A stretch of 62,970 nucleotides of DNA, counting the filler, from Reclinomonas americana ATCC 50394 (lineage: Eukaryota), in the NCBI GenBank assembly GCA_048213135.1. It is 4 parts of 4 records of this genome, joined end to end, with 100 filler letters (N's around TTAATTAATTAA, not from the genome) between each part and the next. Parts side by side here need not be neighbours in the genome. Positions count along the whole stretch, not along the records: positions 54,674 to 60,863 come from AFZH01017330.1; positions 60,964 to 62,970 come from AFZH01017334.1; 2 more parts are not named here. One strand, 5' to 3'. The number at the start of each line of letters is the position of its first letter. Positions within the stretch are counted from its first letter, which is position 1. The notes below the pieces were generated by a model that saw nothing but the letters and a program-made list of their open reading frames with translations, was not told the origin of the DNA and made no database searches. Both the position numbers and the translations under genes were made by a program. Shown here piece after piece: positions 58,330 to 62,970 of the stretch.

Positions 58330-58549
58330 GGCGTGCCTTCTCTCCAGATTTGTGCAAAGAGTAATTCAAAGTAGCCGTTGTGAGATTTTGGCGCGCAAAG
58401 AAGCAGCGGAGACGAGAAAAATCACACCAAGCCTCTCTTTACTGTCACCTTTAAAGCGGGCTGTGGCCTGATCGTTTCTTGCACTCCACTCTCTCGCACG
58501 CAGTCTTCATGATCATGCGGCGCCGTGCAACACGTACTACGCGTTGCTT

Positions 58550-60630
58550 CTACTTTCCACCTGCAGGGTGGCAGGTTCCCTTGATCGGGCGAAGCACATT
58601 CTTCGCGTCGAAGACGATGCCCTGCACGCAGTCGAGACCATCGTCAATCACGGCTTGAGCACGCAAGTCAATGAGACGAAGAGAGAAAAAAACACACCTC
58701 GCAGCACTTGAACTGCTTCTTGCCTTTAGCCTTGAAGGCAAACTCGCCATTCTACACGCGCGACAGCATAAGAGACAAATGGTGGCAACCGCTTGAGGTA
58801 AGACGAAACAATACCTTGCAGCCAGCAACTCCGATGCGATACACAAAATAGCTGCCATCGGTGGCCACAGCGTTCTGCGAGGGGGCGTGTACGCTTGAGG
58901 CGAGTGCAACTGAATGCGCGAGTGTAAAATACGCACCTTTCCGTTCGGGCCAGCTGGGCCAACCGGGCCGGCCTAGGAATGCAGCGTAGCGAGTAATGTG
59001 TTTGTCAGTGACACACTATGCTTGCATGCACGCAGAGTGCTGCATCACACCACTCACCGGTCCCTGAGCTCCACGCGGGCCAGGCGGACCAAGCTCTCCT
59101 TGCTTGCCGTCGCTGCCTGCAGCTCCTGGCAGACCTTGCGGTCCAGTCTGCACACACGATAAGCTTGTAAGTACCACTCCACACGCCAGTCTTCACACCA
59201 TGTTCGTGGCGAATGTACCTTGCCTGGCTTGCCGTCCTTGCCTGCTTTGCCCGGCTTGCCTGCGGGTCCACGCTTGCCCGGCTGTGCTAGTTGGTGAGCT
59301 GCAGAAAGGGCGTATTGCAGTGAACAGTGCAGGCTGGAAGCAAACGGACCTTGCCATCGGGGCCGGCGGGTCCGCGTGGTCCGTCAGCGCCATTCTGCAG
59401 GAGAGTTAATAACACGACCAATAATAGTCGACTGAACCGCCAAGACACACAAACACACCTTGCCAGGCTTGCCATTCGGTCCGGCAGGTCCTTGCGGTCC
59501 ACTGTGGCCGAGCTACACAAAAATAAAACAGTCGTGAGTTCAACTCCAGCAACGCACCACTTCGAGCACGCCCACCTTGCCAGCCTCGCCGCGCTTTCCT
59601 GGCAGTCCTTGCTGCACGCGCGCGCACTCGCGTGGTGAGCAACAACACACACACACACACATAGAAACACACTCGAAAGAGAAGAAAACTAACCTTGCCG
59701 TCTTTGCCATCCTTGCCGTCCTTTCCCGCAGGTCCACGAGCTCCTGGCTGAAACAGTGAAAGAAGGTGAGCACGATGGGCTACCCGTGGTTAGCGTTTTG
59801 CACACGCTCACCTTGCCGTCGTGACCAGGCTTGCCAGGCGGACCCGCCGGTCCGGGAGCACCGTTCTGTCGGCAAGCGCAAACTCGTGTGAGCGTGTGCA
59901 GATACAACTACGCGCACAGGAGTGCACAAACCTTGCCAGGCTTGCCATCCTTGCCATCGAGTCCAGGCTGGAGGTGCAGGCGACAAGGGATGAGTGAACA
60001 TGTCAAGGAGGCCAGAGTGCTTTCTCTGCACGCGCACACCTTGCCGTCTTCGCCTTTCTGTCCGGCGGGTCCGCGTGGCCCACGTCTGCCAGTCTTGCCC
60101 GCTATTCCCGCGGGTCCTCGAGGACCGGGTGGACCAGCCTGCATGGAAAGAGACGCGATGAGCCCGACATGCAACATTGCACGCAGCCAGCCGCGCACGC
60201 CATCTCCCAAACAGACACGCACCTTGCCAGGCTTGCCATCCTTGCCGTCCTTACCGTTCTGCGCCCTGCAGATTCAGCGAACAAGGGCAGCCACAATCGA
60301 GAAAAATGCAATATGAGCGATACCTTGCCGTCCTCGCCCAGGGGGCCAGCAGGTCCACGCGCACCAGGCTTGGGGTTTCTGCTGGTGAGCACACTGCAGG
60401 GTCGCTCGCCACACCGAACGTTCTGCTCACAAACCTTGCCATCTTTTCCAGGCTGGCCAGCTGGGCCACGAGGTCCGGGAGCGCCAGTCTGCACAACGCA
60501 GAACAAGGGGCGTGAGAGAGAGAGAGAGAGTGAGACGTCAACGAGTGCGACTGCGACACGAGCGACATAAACATGCCTCGCCACGCGGGCCTCGTTTGCC
60601 ACGAGCACCATCATGGCCGTCAAGACCCGG
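58550..60630 (-). CDS. Collagen-like protein A (paralog of B), 5' end lost at the gap
   Basis: 14 visible Gly-X-Y exons (252 codons, uninterrupted), then NAVATDGSYFVYRIGVAGCK-NGEFAFKAKGKKQFKCCE-GIVFDAKNVLRPIKGTCHPAGGK*, homologous to gene B. One GC-AG intron (donor at 60576). Confidence 0.85.
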
Positions 60631-60656
60631 CTGCATGCACGGCATTGTCAGCGCTA

Positions 60657-60765
<109 letters not shown>

Positions 60766-60863
60766 GTACGTACGTACACCTACCTACCTACCGTACCACC
60801 GTACCGTACCGTACCGTTCGTTCCGTTCCGTTACCGTACCGTACGTACCGTACCGTCCGTTCC

Positions 60864-60963
60864 NNNNNNNNNNNNNNNNNNNNNNNNNNNNNNNNNNNNN
60901 NNNNNNNTTAATTAATTAANNNNNNNNNNNNNNNNNNNNNNNNNNNNNNNNNNNNNNNNNNNN
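60864..60963. other. Scaffold gap with TTAATTAATTAA spacer
   Basis: 100-nt N block containing the spacer. Confidence 0.95.
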
Positions 60964-62438
60964 CAGCGCGGCCGGCAATGCGGTTGTGGGAGGCACTGCG
61001 ACTGTGACTGGTCTGGTGACTGGCGGCAGCTTGACGACGGCTGGTAATGTGAGCGCGGCCGGCAATGCGATTGTCGGCGGCACTGCAACTGTCACTGGGT
61101 TGGTTACTGGCGGCAGCCTGACCACGGCCGGCAACTTGAGTGCGGCCGGCAATGCGATTGTCGGTGGGAGTGTTGCAGTTGGGTCAACCTTGTCTGCAAC
61201 GGGTCTAATCACCGGCGGCAACGTGTCGACTGCTGGCTCGCTTAGTGCTGGTGGACTTGTGACTGGCGGTAGTCTCACAACGGCCGGCAATGTTTTTGCA
61301 GCCGGTTTATTGTCTGCCGGCGGCAATCTGTCGGTAACCGGAACTGCTACCATTACTGGTGGCCTCACTTCCGCCGGCGCAGTTAGTGTCAGTGGATCGT
61401 CAACGTTCACTGTTGGTACCGGCACCACTTCTCTGGGAGGCGCGTTGTCTGTGACAGGGACAACTACTATGTCTTCGACTCTGACTGTTGGTGGCTTGTT
61501 GGCTGCTGATGGTGGCTTGCGCCTTGCTTCCAGTGCGACTGCTATTGGTGCCACACCCTTTGTTGCTCGTCTCCAGTACATTGATTCGGGTGTAGATCAG
61601 GTGAGCAGCGTAATGTGTGTTGTTTGTGCCTCCCTCTCGCCCAGTTTTACTCACTTGCATATTCTGTTCGTTAGCTCTGGCTGCGTGGTGCTCATGCGTA
61701 TGTGGAGTTGACAACGACGGGCTCCGGCTCTCCCTCGGACTTGCGGCTGAAAACGAATGTTCAGAACATTGACGACGCTCTTGGCGCGATTCGTCGGCTG
61801 CAGGGACACACTTTTGATTGGGCCGAGGTGCGTCCGCTCTCTTACGCTTTTTGTTAGTTGGATTGGCGCCAATTGTTGCATTCTTTCGCCCGCAGACTGC
61901 CAAGGAGATTGGATATGTCCCTGGAAGGAAATCTATCGGATTCATCGCCCAGGAAGTGGAACAGGTATTCCCGCAGCTGGTCTCGCTGCAGACGCGCCCT
62001 GATGGATCGGTACGTGAAGTGGTATGCTTGGGTGTTTATTGGGGTCTGTCATGAGCTTAAGTCTTGTGTACACAGTCGATTCGTCGTGTGGATTACGGGC
62101 CTGTGGCTGCAATCTTGGTTGAGGCCGTGAAAGAGCTCGAGGCAAGAGCTGCGCCGGTGGAGCGCGTTGAAATTGCTGAAGCACGAGTAGATGCCGCTGA
62201 GACGCGGGTGGAGGCCGCTGAGACCCGTTTGAGGATTACCGAAAGCGATGCAAAGGCCACTGCTGACCGCCTTCAAGCTCTCGAGGCTCTGGTGCTGCGG
62301 ATGAACGCCGTAGATTCCAGTCAGCCGTGGTGGCGTGACGCCGCCCTGATCAACTTGCTTTGCTGTGTACTTTTGTGCATTGCTGCGCTGTTGTTCTGCA
62401 TCGGGGCGGTTGCTCGCCTTCGCGGTGGCAAGCAATAA
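60964..62438 (+). CDS. Fibre-like G/T/A/V repeat protein with Peptidase S74 (intramolecular chaperone) domain, coiled-coil and C-terminal TM; 5' partial
   Basis: 29-aa repeats SAAGNA(V/I)VGGTATVTGLVTGGSLTTAGN(V/L); SDLRLKTNVQNIDDALGAIRRLQGHTFDW; IGFIAQEVEQVFPQLV; VDYGPVAAILVEAVKEL; TM ALINLLCCVLLCIAALLFCIGAV. Introns at 61601-61674, 61828-61895 and 62010-62075. Confidence 0.88.
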
Positions 62439-62480
62439 ACAGATTAGCATGTTTTGTGTATTTTATTGGAGGGTTGTTAA

Positions 62481-62970
62481 TCATGAGAACACTGTGACGA
62501 GCTCGGCGCCAGAACCGCGAACCATGACGACGCGCTTCAGATTGTGCGTCAATTTCTCCATGTACTCCATGTCTGTGTGAAACAGTGTTAGTGCGTGTGT
62601 GTCGGGCGTGCATGTGTTTTGGGACGTAACAGTAGGAAGGTGGATAAGTTTCTTGCGGAGCAGGCATGTTGATGACCACAAGATCGGCTTCCGAGGAATG
62701 CGACAGAATGGTCTTGTTCAGTGTCTTGGCCGAGTGCGTAAACTCCTCACGCGAAGTGCGATCGCTGCAGAGCAATTGTGTCAACACATGACGACGCAGC
62801 AGATGGGCAAGGAAAAGCAGCGTGTGGCGCGAAACTCCAGTGTCGACTCGAGATCAGTGCCGCCATAAGTCTGTGCCATCAGCTCATCCATATCGAGCAT
62901 TGACTCGGCACGGCTCATTTGTGCCGACTCCATGTATCGGTGGCGGCTCTGTGATGCCTGATCCACGTAT
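62481..62970 (-). CDS. Cation-chloride cotransporter (SLC12/KCC-like), C-terminal exons only
   Basis: HSAKTLNKTILSHSSEADLVVINMPAP...YMEYMEKLTHNLKRVVMVRGSGAELVTVFS* is the conserved SLC12 C-terminus. Confidence 0.9.

Overview
Gene-dense, intron-rich nuclear DNA from a flagellated, aerobic microbial eukaryote; I cannot name the taxon from the sequence. The window spans three 100-nt scaffold gaps, each carrying a TTAATTAATTAA spacer and flanked by TACG-type read-end noise. By splicing exons manually I can model about 22 protein-coding genes: a secreted beta-propeller-like protein, a SAM methyltransferase, SCAR/WAVE, CFAP58, a coiled-coil protein, NDPK, AP5Z1, a P5-type ATPase, NDUFB8, HELLS/DDM1, a small hypothetical protein, a LanC-like protein, CPPED1, an ARM protein, a 2-TM protein, a Bacillus YodQ-like M20 deacetylase, TRAP1, cyclin K/T, a TPR protein, two tandem collagen-like genes, a phage-fibre-like Peptidase S74 protein and an SLC12 3' end. 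Three signals stand out. (1) An abundant second class of 5' splice site, H|GTTGCG(T): 32 cases counted, 31 of them without G at exon -1 and all without G at +5. (2) An intron-containing, membrane-anchored phage-tail-fibre-like protein with an intact S74 autocleavage dyad. (3) Two Lys-rich collagen genes built from phase-0 exons of mostly 9n nt, with 54 nt the commonest size. Gene models are inferred without RNA data, so start codons and some exon ends are approximate.
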